The notes: generated by a model from the sequence alone, not told the origin. DNA of 64,000 bases from Rubricoccaceae bacterium (GCA_963829985.1 CAWHKM010000006.1:133770-197769), one strand, 5' to 3'; numbered from the stretch's first letter, positions 32,624 through 42,388 are shown. A program made the numbers and translations.

Positions 32624-33295
32624 CTACGCAGCCCCGGCGAGGCCTGCGGGCGTCGCGAGTGCCGGGTGCCGCCCGACGACGCCTGCGAGGAGCGCCTCGA
32701 CAGCCGCGGTGTCTGCCGCGAGATCTCCCGTCGGAACGACGGCGCCTAGGCCGACGAGGCGCCGCTCGGAACGGCCATGCCCCCAGTCGAACGCCAGAAC
32801 GGAGATGGGCACATTCGCGCCGGCGGCGGTCCGGTGCCAGCCCGTCTTCCAGCCCGCGCCGCGCGCGCGCGTGCCCTCCGGCGAGACGGCGATCCACAGG
32901 CGCTCGGCGTCATCCAGCGCCGCTATCGACTGCCCGACGGTGCCCCCCGGCGCGTCGCGGCGCACGGGGCGCCCGCCGAAGGCGCGCAGGATCGGCCCGG
33001 CGCCCCAGCGGAACAGCGAGTGCTTGGCGAGGATCGTCGGCCGGATGCCCGTCACCGCGACGGCCGCGAGCGCCACGATGCCGTCGAGGTTGGACGTGTG
33101 CGGCCACCCGACGAGGACGGCGCGCGGTGTCGCGGCGAAACCGCCGGCGAAGCGCACGCCCAGAACCGCCATCACCACGCGGCCGAGCAGGCGCACGGCG
33201 GCCGGGTATGGCCGCTGCGGCAGGCACGCCGGCAGCGCCGGCAGCAGGGCGGCGGGGAGGAGGACGTGGGGCGCAGTGAGGAGCGCAGCCGTCAT
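32624..33295 (-). CDS. Lysophospholipid (1-acyl-glycerol-3-phosphate type) acyltransferase
   Basis: C-terminal 223 codons of track ORF 32624..33643, with the ATG at 33295. It has the HxxxxD motif (PHTSNLD) and the VSPEGTR motif. The start overlaps the upstream stop (ATGA). Confidence 0.7.
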   Translation of the reverse strand: MTAALLTAPHVLLPAALLPALPACLPQRPYPAAVRLLGRVVMAVLGVRFAGGFAATPRAVLVGWPHTSNLDGIVALAAVAVTGIRPTILAKHSLFRWGAGPILRAFGGRPVRRDAPGGTVGQSIAALDDAERLWIAVSPEGTRARGAGWKTGWHRTAAGANVPISVLAFDWGHGRSERRLVGLGAVVPTGDLAADTAAVEALLAGVVGRHPALATPAGLAGAA

Positions 33296-34809
33296 GGGAG
33301 CACGGTCAGCGTGACGGCCGCCGAGTCGCGGCCGGCGGCGGCGCGGCAGACGTAGACGCCCGCAGCGAGGCCCGACGCGTCCAGGGAGACGCGGTGCTCG
33401 CCTGAGCCGAAGGTGGCCTCGGCCGCCGTCGCAACGGTCCGTCCCTGCGCGTCCACGCAGGAGACGCCGACGCGTGCCGGCTCGGCGAGCGTGATGGTCA
33501 CGGCCGCATCGGCGGCATGGACGGGGTTCGGGACGGCACTCAGGCTGAGGCGCCCCGACGCCGGCGCCGCCTCGCCGGCCGACGGCCGCGCCGGGATGAG
33601 CGGGACCAGCACGTCGTCGATGTGCGCGCGCCAGTTGCCCCACGAGTGGCCCTCGGGGACCTCGAGGTAGGTCACGGCGTCTCCGCGCGAGGCAAGGATG
33701 TCGCGCATCCGCCGCGCCTCGGCCGCCGTGTCACGGATCGTGCCGGCCGTCATCGCAACGCGGAAGGCGCCGGCCGCAGACTGCTGCGCGAGGGCGTAGA
33801 CCGTCGGCCCGGACCCCCACGCGGCGTTCTCGGAGATCCAGAAGGCCGGCGAGTGCACCGCAAGCAGACCGAACGTCCCGGGCTGTGTCACGCCGAGGTA
33901 AACCGAGAAGAGGCCGCCGAGGCTCGTCCCGAGGATCACGCGCGAGTCGCGGTCCGCCCGCGTCCGGTACGCCGCGTCGATGGCCGGCACGAGGTCTTCC
34001 GCGACGAAGGCTGCGAAGCCAGCGTTGTTGACGTACTGCTGCTGCCGCTGGTTGGTCGAGCCGATCCGTGGGTCGATAAAGACGGCGATGCACGGCTCGA
34101 TCAGGTTCTGTGCGATGGCGTTGTCGAGGACCGTCAGCATCGCGCCGAGCGCCTCGTCCGGGTACTCCTGCCCGTCCGTGACGTAGACCACGGGCAGGCG
34201 GGTGGTCGAGGCGGCGTAGCCGGCGGGCGTCCAGACGCGGTACGTGACGGGTCCGGTCGTGTACCGCGTGCTGGCGATCGAGACAGCCGCACCGAGCGCG
34301 CCGCGCGGCACGGTGGGGTCGCGGACCGTCAGCGGCTCCTGCCGCCAGCCCGGCATCCGGAGCTCCGAGTTCGGGCCGGCGCCGCCGGATTGCCGGTTCG
34401 GGTTGGCGGCGTCCAGCGTCCAGTTCGAGCCGTTCAGGACGAGCTTGTAGTCGACGCGCGCGGCCGGGTCGAGGCGGTCGAGGCGCAGCCAGAGGCTGCT
34501 CGCGCCCTGCCGGGCGAGGGCGGCGTTCGGGGCCCAGCCCGTGTGGTCGCCCGCGACGGCGACCGTCTGCGCGGTGCCGCGCCAGAGGAAGACGGCCGAG
34601 TCGCCGGCGACGAACGGCACGCGCGACGTGGCCTGTCCGGGCCGGAGCGACGTCCAGAGCGCGTCAATGGCGGCCTCGCGGTCGGCCGGGTCGGCGATGG
34701 CGCCGGCCTGCGCCGCGGCGTCGAGGAGCGCCCGCGCCGAGGCGGGCGCCTGCGCGCGAGGTGGCGCGGCGAGGGCGACGAGGGCGAGGAGCGGGAAGAG
34801 CCGGAGCAT
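33292..34809 (-). CDS. Secreted esterase (enterochelin-esterase-like alpha/beta hydrolase) with T9SS C-terminal sorting domain
   Basis: Track ORF of 505 aa. It has a signal peptide, the nucleophile elbow GTSLGG, and a C-terminal ~80 aa that look like a Por-secretion tail (LSAVPNPV ... GVYVCRA ... VTLTVLP). Confidence 0.7.
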   Translation of the reverse strand: MLRLFPLLALVALAAPPRAQAPASARALLDAAAQAGAIADPADREAAIDALWTSLRPGQATSRVPFVAGDSAVFLWRGTAQTVAVAGDHTGWAPNAALARQGASSLWLRLDRLDPAARVDYKLVLNGSNWTLDAANPNRQSGGAGPNSELRMPGWRQEPLTVRDPTVPRGALGAAVSIASTRYTTGPVTYRVWTPAGYAASTTRLPVVYVTDGQEYPDEALGAMLTVLDNAIAQNLIEPCIAVFIDPRIGSTNQRQQQYVNNAGFAAFVAEDLVPAIDAAYRTRADRDSRVILGTSLGGLFSVYLGVTQPGTFGLLAVHSPAFWISENAAWGSGPTVYALAQQSAAGAFRVAMTAGTIRDTAAEARRMRDILASRGDAVTYLEVPEGHSWGNWRAHIDDVLVPLIPARPSAGEAAPASGRLSLSAVPNPVHAADAAVTITLAEPARVGVSCVDAQGRTVATAAEATFGSGEHRVSLDASGLAAGVYVCRAAAGRDSAAVTLTVLP

Positions 34810-34849
34810 CGGGCGGGAGCGAGGGAGCCGACCAAGCTAACCGCCCGGA

Positions 34850-36046
34850 TCAGTTCGACCGCGTCCGGATCGTGCCGGCGTCGTCGGTGGCGAGCGTCCA
34901 GCCGGCCGCCGTGCCGGCGAGGGCGGGGTCGACCCCGGCGACCGTCAGCGTGTCGCCGCCCGCTGCGGCCGCGAGGCGCGTGCGGGCCGTCCGTCGGTCC
35001 TCCCACGCGAGCCAGACGCGGCCGGCGCCGTCGCGCGCGGCGCGCGTCTGCCCGAGCGGCGCGCCGGCGTCGAGCGGCGTCGGCGCGGCGAAGGTCATGC
35101 CGCCGTCTGTCGAGACGGCGTGCCAGAGGCCGGCGCGGCCCTCGGCGCCCGTGAACCACGCGACGTGGACGCGGCCGTCTGCATCGGCTGCGACGGACGG
35201 ACCGGCGTGCGGGCAGCCGTCGATCGCCCAGCGGTCGGCGTGGACGCGGACGGGCGCGCCGAACGTCCGCCCGCCGTCGCGCGACGTGGCGATAGCCGGG
35301 TCGCGCTCGCCGCCGGCCCAGAGGTGCCGCCAGACGACGCGCGCGGCGCCGTCCGGGCCGACGTCGAGGGCCGTCCGGCAGCACGGGCAGACGTTGCCCG
35401 CGACCTCGGTCGGCGCGCCGAACGTGGCGCCGCCGTCGGACGAGCGGGCGACGACGAGCGATGAGCCCGGCCCCTGCCCGCCGTGGCCCGTCGCGCCGTG
35501 GTGCTCGTCCGCCATGGCACCGTGTGCGGCACCAGACGGCTCGGGGTGGTCGCGCGTCCACGCGTCCGCCTTCGTTCCGTCGAGCCACGAGACGAGAACG
35601 GTTCCGTCGGGTGCGACGGCGAGGTCTGCGAACGTGTGGCCCGACGGGAAGCCGACGTCCGGGTTGACGCGCGCCGCGGCGCCGAACGTGCGCCCGCCGT
35701 CGGGCGAGCGCGCGAGAAAGAGAGTGGACGCGGGGAAGCGGCGACCTGCGACCGTCGAGTCGCGGACGAACAGGACGAGCACGGTGCCGTCGGGCGCGAC
35801 GGCCACGCGCGGCGCGGCCTGCGAGTGCCCCGAGACGCCGCGGGCGACCTCGACCGGCGCCGCGGTGCCGCGCGTCAGCACGAGGCGCGCCGCGTCGCCG
35901 ACGACGGAGGTCGCGATGGCCTCGCCCTGCGACGACACGGCGAGGGCTGGGACGGACGCCGTTGCGTCGGCAGCAGCCGGGGCCTCGGCGGGCGTTTCGG
36001 AGCACGCGGCGAGGCCGAGCGCGAGGAGCAGGACGGAGCGGGTCAT
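34850..36046 (-). CDS. BNR/Asp-box repeat (sialidase-fold) lipoprotein with Cys/His/Met-rich motifs
   Basis: C-terminal 398 codons of track ORF 34850..37093, with the ATG at 36046 and lipobox LGLAAC. Four Asp-boxes are present: SPDGGRTF, SSDGGATF, SRDGGRTF, STDGGMTF. Additional motifs are NVCPCC, DGCPH and HGAMADEHHGATGHG. Confidence 0.65.
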   Translation of the reverse strand: MTRSVLLLALGLAACSETPAEAPAAADATASVPALAVSSQGEAIATSVVGDAARLVLTRGTAAPVEVARGVSGHSQAAPRVAVAPDGTVLVLFVRDSTVAGRRFPASTLFLARSPDGGRTFGAAARVNPDVGFPSGHTFADLAVAPDGTVLVSWLDGTKADAWTRDHPEPSGAAHGAMADEHHGATGHGGQGPGSSLVVARSSDGGATFGAPTEVAGNVCPCCRTALDVGPDGAARVVWRHLWAGGERDPAIATSRDGGRTFGAPVRVHADRWAIDGCPHAGPSVAADADGRVHVAWFTGAEGRAGLWHAVSTDGGMTFAAPTPLDAGAPLGQTRAARDGAGRVWLAWEDRRTARTRLAAAAGGDTLTVAGVDPALAGTAAGWTLATDDAGTIRTRSN

Positions 36047-36538
36047 GGCGTCGGAGCGGGCAGGTCGTCGATGGAACGGACGATGGCGCGGAGCGGCAGC
36101 GTGGTGCCGCTCGTGAAGGTGGCCGTCGCCGAGAGCGTGTCGCCAGCGGCGAGCGGGCGCGCGAGCTCGACGAGCATCGCGTGGTAACCGCCCGGCGCGA
36201 GCGCGACCGTCGCGCCGGCCGGGACGGGGATGCCCGCGACGGGCTGCATCCGCCGCAGCCCGTCCGCCTCGATGACCGTTTCGTGGACGTTCGTCTTCGC
36301 GGCGCCGTCGAACGCGACCGAGGCGAGCGTGTCGGGCGTCGGGCCGCCGGCGATGGTGAAGAAGAGGGCGCTCGTGCCGCCACGGGGCGCCGCAGGCGCG
36401 TAGGCGTCCGAGACCGTGAGCGCCGCCGGCGCCGCCGGCGCCCGTCGTGGGCGAGGCGGCGCCCGTCTCGGTGGGCGGCGTCTCGGGCGAGGTGCACGCG
36501 GCGAGGCCGAGCGCGAGGATCAGAGAAAAGCGGGTCAT
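36043..36538 (-). CDS. Copper chaperone PCu(A)C (DUF461), with a 1-nt frameshift near 36425-36445 as sequenced
   Basis: ATG at 36538 with lipobox LGLAAC. After the shift, the hand translation reads TVSDAYAPAAPRGGTSALFFTI ... NVHETVIEADGLRRMQPV ... PGGYHAMLVEL (the end is track ORF 36043..36249). The span is 1 mod 3. Confidence 0.7.
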
Positions 36539-36549
36539 GAAACGAGGGG

Positions 36550-37131
36550 TCAGCGGAGAAGGGCGCGGGCGTCGTCGGCGACCATCTGCGGCGGCGCGGA
36601 GGTGCCGCCGTACGTCTCGACGACGCGGCCATCCGAGTCGATGAGCAGCATCTTGTCCGAGTGCGAAAGCGTGTAGGTGGAACGTCCGCTGCCGAGAGTG
36701 TCGCGGTCGGAGACCTCGGAGCGGATGCCGAGGCGTTCCATCAGGGACGCGACCGTTGCGGTGTCGCCCGTCGCGAGGCGCCAGTCGCCGCGTGCGCCCC
36801 ACGTCTCGGCGTAGGCGCGGAGGACGCTCGGTGTGTCGCGGGCGGGGTCGAAGGTGAGGGTGAGAAAGCGGACGCGAGCCGTGTCCGCGCCCAGCGCCGT
36901 GCGGACGCGCCGGACGTTCGCCATCGTCGTGAGGCAGACGTCGGGGCAGTGCGTGTAGATCGCCGTGACGACGGTCGGCGCGCCCTGGAGGTCGGCGGGG
37001 AAGGCGAGCGCCGTGCTGTCCTGCGTGAGCAGCGGCCACGCCGCGTCCGTGAGGTCGTCTTCGGGGGCGAGGTGCTCTGGCCGCGAGGCGCATCCGGCGA
37101 GCAGGAGGGCAGCGACGAGGAATCGGGACAT
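36550..37131 (-). CDS. SCO1/SenC family copper-binding thioredoxin-fold protein
   Basis: Track ORF 36550..37155. The likely start is 37131 (MSRFLVAALLLAGC). The CxxxC motif HCPDVC is present, plus a downstream His (TLSHSD). Confidence 0.85.
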   Translation of the reverse strand: MSRFLVAALLLAGCASRPEHLAPEDDLTDAAWPLLTQDSTALAFPADLQGAPTVVTAIYTHCPDVCLTTMANVRRVRTALGADTARVRFLTLTFDPARDTPSVLRAYAETWGARGDWRLATGDTATVASLMERLGIRSEVSDRDTLGSGRSTYTLSHSDKMLLIDSDGRVVETYGGTSAPPQMVADDARALLR

Positions 37132-37138
37132 AGGGCCG

Positions 37139-39440
37139 TTAGAGATGAGTGCCAATGCCGAGCGTCAACGCGCGGGGGAGGCCGGGCGTGTACTGCGCCT
37201 GCCCGAACGAGACGGCGGCCGTCGTGGCGTAGCGCTCGTCGGTCGCGTTGAGCAGGTTGGCCCAGATCTCAAACCCGCGAAGCGCGCGTGGCGCGGCGCT
37301 CGCGCGCACGTTGAGGACCGTGTGGCCGTCGTAGCGCGTCGCGTTCTCGGGGTCCATCCAGTAGCCGCTCACGCGCTGCACCTCGGCCGCGAGGCGCATG
37401 CCTGGCAGCGGCCGCACGGCGACCTCGCCGTTGGCGACGAACACGGGCGCCTTCTCGATGCGGTTGCCGTCGTAGACACGCTCGCGGCCCGCCCGCGCGT
37501 CCGTCGTGAAGGCGACGTACGTGTGCCGAGCGAGCGCGCCGCCGACGCGCGCCGACGCCCAGCGGACCGGCTCCGCGAGCAGCGACACCTCGATGCCTTC
37601 GTGGCGCGTGCGCCCGGCGTTCTGGTCCTGCGTGTCGGTGTCCGTGCGGACCGTCACGATCTCGTCGCGCCCGTCCATCCGGTACAGCGGCGACGTCGGC
37701 GGCGAGACGGCCGCCGAGCAGGCTCGCGAAGCCGCCGACCTCGCGCGACGTGAACACGGCCGGCCGGAGGACGGGCACCTGCACGCCGCGGTAGAGCTCG
37801 CCCGCCTCGGGCGGCACGAAGCCCTGGCTGAGGTTGGCGTAGACGCCCGCGCCGGGCGCGATCTCGACGACCGCCCCGATGCGCGGCGTGAGCCGCTCGA
37901 ACGTGTCCGAGCGGTCCGCCGCGCCCGAGAAGGCGCCCGGCGGGAGCGCGTTGTCGAGGCCGTAGCGGATGCGGTCGTAGCGGAGCGACCCGACAAGGCG
38001 CAGGTGCGCGACCGGCTCGACCTCGCCCTGAAGGAACGCCGCCGAGTTCGTCAGGCGCACCGCGTAGTCCGTCAGCAGCGAGTCCGTCTCGACGAAGTCG
38101 ACGAAGCGGCCCTGAGCGTCGCGGGTCGCCGTGCCGAAGCGCGCCTGATAGTCCGAAGGGGACACGTCGAGCATCGCCCCGGCGACGAGGCGGGCGCCGC
38201 GCCAGCCGGGGTAGACCTCGTGCTGCGCCGTGATCCCGAGCGACGTGAACGACTGCGCGTTCGTCTCGCCCGTCGCCGCGGTGGGGCCGGTCGGGCGGAG
38301 GCGGTACGACGGGTTCTGGGCGACGCGGTTGGCGCGGGTGAACAGCGTAACGCTCGTGAGCTGGCGGCTGCCCCAGACGCGGTCCAGCCGCACCGAGGCG
38401 CGCGCCGCGGCGACGCGGCGGTACGAGAACGTCTGGAGGCTGGACGTGCCGCCGGTCGCGAAGTTGAGCGAGTCCAGCGCGCCGTCGGTGTCGGTGTCGA
38501 GCAGGTTGCCCGTGGCCGTCGCGGTGAGGCGTGTGCCGGGCGCCAGCGCCGTCTCGGCGCGGAGCGACGCCGAGACCTTGGAGCCGTCGGAGTGGTCGCG
38601 GACGCCCGCGCGCTGGAGCGATGCGTAGCCGCCGCCGGCGATGCCGACGCGTCCGACTGTCCCCGAGGCGCTCGCATCCGCCCGCGAGTAACCCGTCCCG
38701 CTGCGCCGGACGGACGCCGCAGCTTCCATCTCGGGCGTCGGCCGGGCCGTGAGGAAGTTGATCGCCCCGCCGATGGCGCCCGCCCCGTAGAGCGCCGAGC
38801 CCGGGCCGCGGACGACCTCGACGCGCGCGAGGTCGGCCTGGTTGACCTCGATGAGCGCGTTGTGGTTGAACAGGCCCGCCGGGCGGATCGGCACGCCGTC
38901 TTCGAGGTAGAGAAACAGCGGCTTCAGCGAGAACGGCTGCCGGATGGCGAGCGCGTGCTGCTCGTTGCCGAGATCCACCATGTGGACGCCGGGGATGCGG
39001 TTGAGCGCCTCGGCGAGCAAGTTCGGGTGCGTCTCGCGCAGGTCCGCCGCCGAGAGCGCCGCGATGGCGACCGGCGCCTCCGAACGGGCCTGCTCGCCCC
39101 GGCCCGCCGTCACCACGACCGGCTGCAAGTCGGCCGAGACCTCGACGAGGCGCACGGCGAGGGGCGCCGCGCTCACCGCGACGCTCTGGCGGGCGTAGCC
39201 GACAGCGGAGACGCTGAGCGACGTCACGCGCGGCGGGACGGTGAGCGAAAAACCCCCGTCGGCGTCGGCCGCCGTGCCGAGCGGCGTGCCGTCGGCGCGG
39301 ACGGTGGCGCCGGGGACGGCGAGGCCAGTCACGGAGTCGACCACGCGGCCGGTGAGAAGAACGTCGACCTGGGCGCGGGCGGACGGGGAGAACGACAGGA
39401 GCGCGCACAGAAGGGCGCTCCACGCGAGAAAGCGGGACAT
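37139..39440 (-). CDS. TonB-dependent receptor (CarboxypepD_reg, plug, barrel), with a 1-nt frameshift near 37705 as sequenced
   Basis: ATG at 39440 with a signal peptide. Motifs present: LTGRVVDSVTGLAVPGATV and the plug motifs NRIPGV and VEVVRGPGSALYGAGAIGGAINF. The barrel continues from track ORF 37269..39479 into track ORF 37139..37996. The span is 1 mod 3. Confidence 0.85.
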
Positions 39441-39530
39441 AGTGGATCCACGGAAACAGGGCAGAGCTCGCCCCGGCACGCCGAAGCGTCTGCCGGGGCA
39501 CGACGGGCGGCCGCGAGGGCCGCCGAGGTG

Positions 39531-39932
39531 CTAGGCCTGTTCCGGCGGATGGAAGACGCCTGCGGGCTCGCCGCCCGAGGCGCGCGCGTCGCGCGGACGC
39601 GCATGGGCAGCCGTCTCGCGGGACGGCGGCACGCCGAGGCGCTCGGGCGTCGGGAGCCACATCGTCGCCGAGAGCGCCACGCCGAGGAGGACGGCGTCCT
39701 GCCCGCTCTCGCGCTCGTGCTGCGCGTCGAGGCGCCGCGCGAGCTCGCACTGCCCATCGCAGTGCAGCTCCGGCCTGTCGCGGTTGACGCAGTAGCGCGC
39801 CGCGATCTCGGCCCGGTTCAGCGCGAACGACGCCTCGATGAGGCCGTAGCTCTGGACGCTCACCAGAAGGACGAGCGTCAGGGCGAGGCGGGAGGCGGTC
39901 GCGGCAGCGGACATGGCGGTAAGGTAGAGCAT
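39531..39932 (-). CDS. Hypothetical membrane protein with a Cys-x10-Cys-x3-Cys motif
   Basis: Track ORF of 133 aa. It has one N-terminal TM helix followed by YCVNRDRPELHCDGQCEL. It sits at the head of the TBDR/SCO/PCuAC gene string. Confidence 0.45.
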   Translation of the reverse strand: MLYLTAMSAAATASRLALTLVLLVSVQSYGLIEASFALNRAEIAARYCVNRDRPELHCDGQCELARRLDAQHERESGQDAVLLGVALSATMWLPTPERLGVPPSRETAAHARPRDARASGGEPAGVFHPPEQA

Positions 39933-39992
39933 CCGCGCGCCTGTCCCGACGCCAGGCTACCCCTCCGACACGCGAACAGACCGATTTTCCTA

Positions 39993-40757
39993 ATGCCCGC
40001 CCTCTCCGCCGACCCCGACGCCCCGCTCGATGTCCTCGCGCTCGCCGCCCACCCCGACGACGTCGAACTGAGCGCCGGCGGGACGATGTGCCTGCTGCAC
40101 GCGCAAGGCTACCGAACCGGCATCCTCGACTTTACGCGCGGCGAGCTCGGCACGCGCGGAACGCCGGAAGGGCGCCTCGAGGAAGCCGCTGACGCGGCCC
40201 GCATCCTCGGCCTGTCGTTCCGCCGCAACCTCGGCCTGCCGGACGGCGAGATCCGCAACACGAAAGACGCGCAGCGGCTCATCGTCCAGGCCGTCCGCGC
40301 CACGCGCCCGCGGATCGTGCTGCTGAACGCGCCCGAGGACCGCCACCCGGACCATGGCGACGCCGCGCGCCTCGGCGCCGACGCGCTCTTCGCGAGCGGC
40401 CTCGCGATGCTCGAGACGATGGGCGAGGACGGACGGCCGCAGGCACCACACCGCCCGAGCCACGTCCTCCATTACATGAACACGCTCGAGTTTGAGCCGA
40501 CGTTCGTCGTCGACGTGTCGAGCGTTTGGGACCAGCGCCTCGCAGCCCTCCGCGCGTTCAGGAGCCAGTTCGACGTGGCCGACGGCGGCCCCGAGACGTT
40601 CATCTCGACGCCGGCTTTCATGCAGTTCGTCGAGGCGCGGGCGCGCAGTTTCGGCTACCGCATCGGCGCGGCCTTCGGCGAGCCGCTGCTCTACCGCCAC
40701 GGCCCCGTCGGCATCTCGGACCTCGTGCGGACGCTGGAGCGGGACCGGGCGCTGTAG
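39993..40757 (+). CDS. bshB1: PIG-L/LmbE family deacetylase, bacillithiol biosynthesis BshB1-like
   Basis: Tail of track ORF 37506..40757, with the ATG at 39993. Motifs present: AHPDDVELSAGGT, HPDH, and the typical FTRGELGTRG segment. Confidence 0.7.
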   Translation: MPALSADPDAPLDVLALAAHPDDVELSAGGTMCLLHAQGYRTGILDFTRGELGTRGTPEGRLEEAADAARILGLSFRRNLGLPDGEIRNTKDAQRLIVQAVRATRPRIVLLNAPEDRHPDHGDAARLGADALFASGLAMLETMGEDGRPQAPHRPSHVLHYMNTLEFEPTFVVDVSSVWDQRLAALRAFRSQFDVADGGPETFISTPAFMQFVEARARSFGYRIGAAFGEPLLYRHGPVGISDLVRTLERDRAL

Positions 40758-40846
40758 CGGAGACGTGCATCGGCGAGTGGGGAAAGGGCCTCGGGACGAC
40801 TACGCGCGTCACTCCCCGTGCCTTTCCCCGAAACCCATCGCCCTGC

Positions 40847-42208
40847 CTACGATTCGAACGCGTAGGCCATCAGGTCCGGCGTGGACGTGAACGGCTCCCC
40901 GTTGGGGACGGAGACGGCGCCGACGGCGCGCAGGACCGCTTCGGCGTCGGCGCCGAGCGTGCTCCGGAGGTGCGCCTGGAGGCTCGCGAAGAGCGCCGAG
41001 GCGCCCTCGGCGCCGACGCCCGGCAGCACGATGACGGCGCGGCGGCGGGGAAGGTCTACGAGCAGCCGGTCCTCGGGGCGCAACCCGCGGCGGAGGCCGT
41101 CGGCGACGGCGAAGAAGTGCGCGCCCTCGGGCGCGGCCGCCTCCATCCGGACAGCAACGACGAGGAACGGCGTGCCCCCTGCGCGGGCGGCGAAAGCGGC
41201 GTCGAGCGCGGCGCGAACGGCCGCGGCGGTGTCCTCGGCCTGCGCCTCGGCGGCGGGCGCGGAGAGCGGCGCGAACGGCGGCGCAGACGACATCGCCCCG
41301 GGCGGCTCGGGCGTGATCGTCCCGAGAACGCTGCCAGCGCCCGAGTCCACGAGATAGCCCTGCTCGAACATTGAGGCGGCTGGATCCTGCGCGAACGTGT
41401 CCGTCGGCGGTTGCATCAGCGCCGAGTCCGCAGGGGGCGGCGGGATGATGCGCGTCCGTGGAATGCCGTCGTCATAGGGCTGGAGGTCTTCCTCGCGGCG
41501 CTGCGCCACCGAGTCCGACACTTCGTCTGAGCGGCGCTCGCCGGCGGGCGCGTCGGGCTCGGCGGGCGCCTCAGGCGCGTCGGGCTCGGCCGGCGTTTCG
41601 CCGTGGCGAGTGAGATCGAGGCGGCGCGTCTCGCCGTCCGTCGCCAGCGTCAGGGTGCCGTCGGCGAGGCCTTGGACGACCGAGACGAGGTGCTCCGAGG
41701 CGGCGTTCGCCGGCTCGCCGAGACCCATCAGCAGTGTGATGCCGGCGCTCTGGAGCGTCTGGATGAGGCCCGAGAGGGCCGCCTCGAGGCGCTCGAACGA
41801 GTCGAACTGGACGAGCGGGGTAACGTCCTCGATGACGACGCGCGTCGGCATCTCCTGCTGGACGAGCGTGACGAGGTCGCGGTAGGCGGCGTCGAGCCCG
41901 TCCGAGCCGCGCGCGGCGAGGTCGGCCGGCGCGGGGATGCGGAGCAGGCGCAGGCGGCCCGTCGCATGGAGCGCGCGCAGGTCCACGCCCGAGGGCGTGC
42001 CCGCGGCCGCGAGGTCGTCCGGCGAGCGCGGCGAGATGAGCAGCGCCCGGCCGCCGCCGTCGACGGTGGCCTTGGCCGATGCGAGGGCGAGGGCCGTGCG
42101 GCCCGCGCTGGCGCGGCCGATGAGCAGGTACGACTTGCCAGCGGCGAGTCCGCCCCAGCGGGCGTCGACGGTGGGCAGGCCCGAGGGCGAGAGCGAGGCG
42201 TCAGGCAT
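40847..42208 (-). CDS. KaiC/RecA-fold ATPase-like protein with degenerate Walker A, acidic/Pro linker and degenerate GGDEF-like C-terminal domain
   Basis: C-terminal 453 codons of track ORF 40847..43921, with the ATG at 42208. The P-loop reads LIGRASAGRT (Arg in place of Lys). A linker follows with PAEPDAPEAPAEPDAP. The C-terminal pattern FLVVAVRME ... DRLLVDLPRRRAVIVLPG resembles a GGDEF fold without the GGDEF motif. Confidence 0.5.
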   Translation of the reverse strand: MPDASLSPSGLPTVDARWGGLAAGKSYLLIGRASAGRTALALASAKATVDGGGRALLISPRSPDDLAAAGTPSGVDLRALHATGRLRLLRIPAPADLAARGSDGLDAAYRDLVTLVQQEMPTRVVIEDVTPLVQFDSFERLEAALSGLIQTLQSAGITLLMGLGEPANAASEHLVSVVQGLADGTLTLATDGETRRLDLTRHGETPAEPDAPEAPAEPDAPAGERRSDEVSDSVAQRREEDLQPYDDGIPRTRIIPPPPADSALMQPPTDTFAQDPAASMFEQGYLVDSGAGSVLGTITPEPPGAMSSAPPFAPLSAPAAEAQAEDTAAAVRAALDAAFAARAGGTPFLVVAVRMEAAAPEGAHFFAVADGLRRGLRPEDRLLVDLPRRRAVIVLPGVGAEGASALFASLQAHLRSTLGADAEAVLRAVGAVSVPNGEPFTSTPDLMAYAFES

Positions 42209-42388
42209 AGCGGCGTGAAGGATCCACGGGGCAGTCGCAAAGGGTATGCCACGGCGCGCACATCGGTTCGCGGGGCGATTTACGCGCGCGGGGCGGTCCA
42301 TTCTACACGTCCCTGGCAGATTGGAGCCCGCGGCCGCCGTCACGTCCGCGGCGTCTCTACTTTCCAGCACCCGACAGCCCCACGCCCG

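Noticed and set aside
34850-37093. 747-aa minus-strand ORF suggesting one giant protein
   Set aside because: It is a read-through composite. It contains three independent lipoprotein starts (36046 and 36538, plus SCO in another frame), each with its own signal peptide and lipobox, and the sequence between them is nonsense.
37506-40757. 1083-aa plus-strand ORF
   Set aside because: Only the last ~254 codons (from the ATG at 39993) carry a real family signature (PIG-L/BshB1). The rest is antisense to the TonB-dependent receptor and is low-complexity Arg/Ala/Gly sequence.
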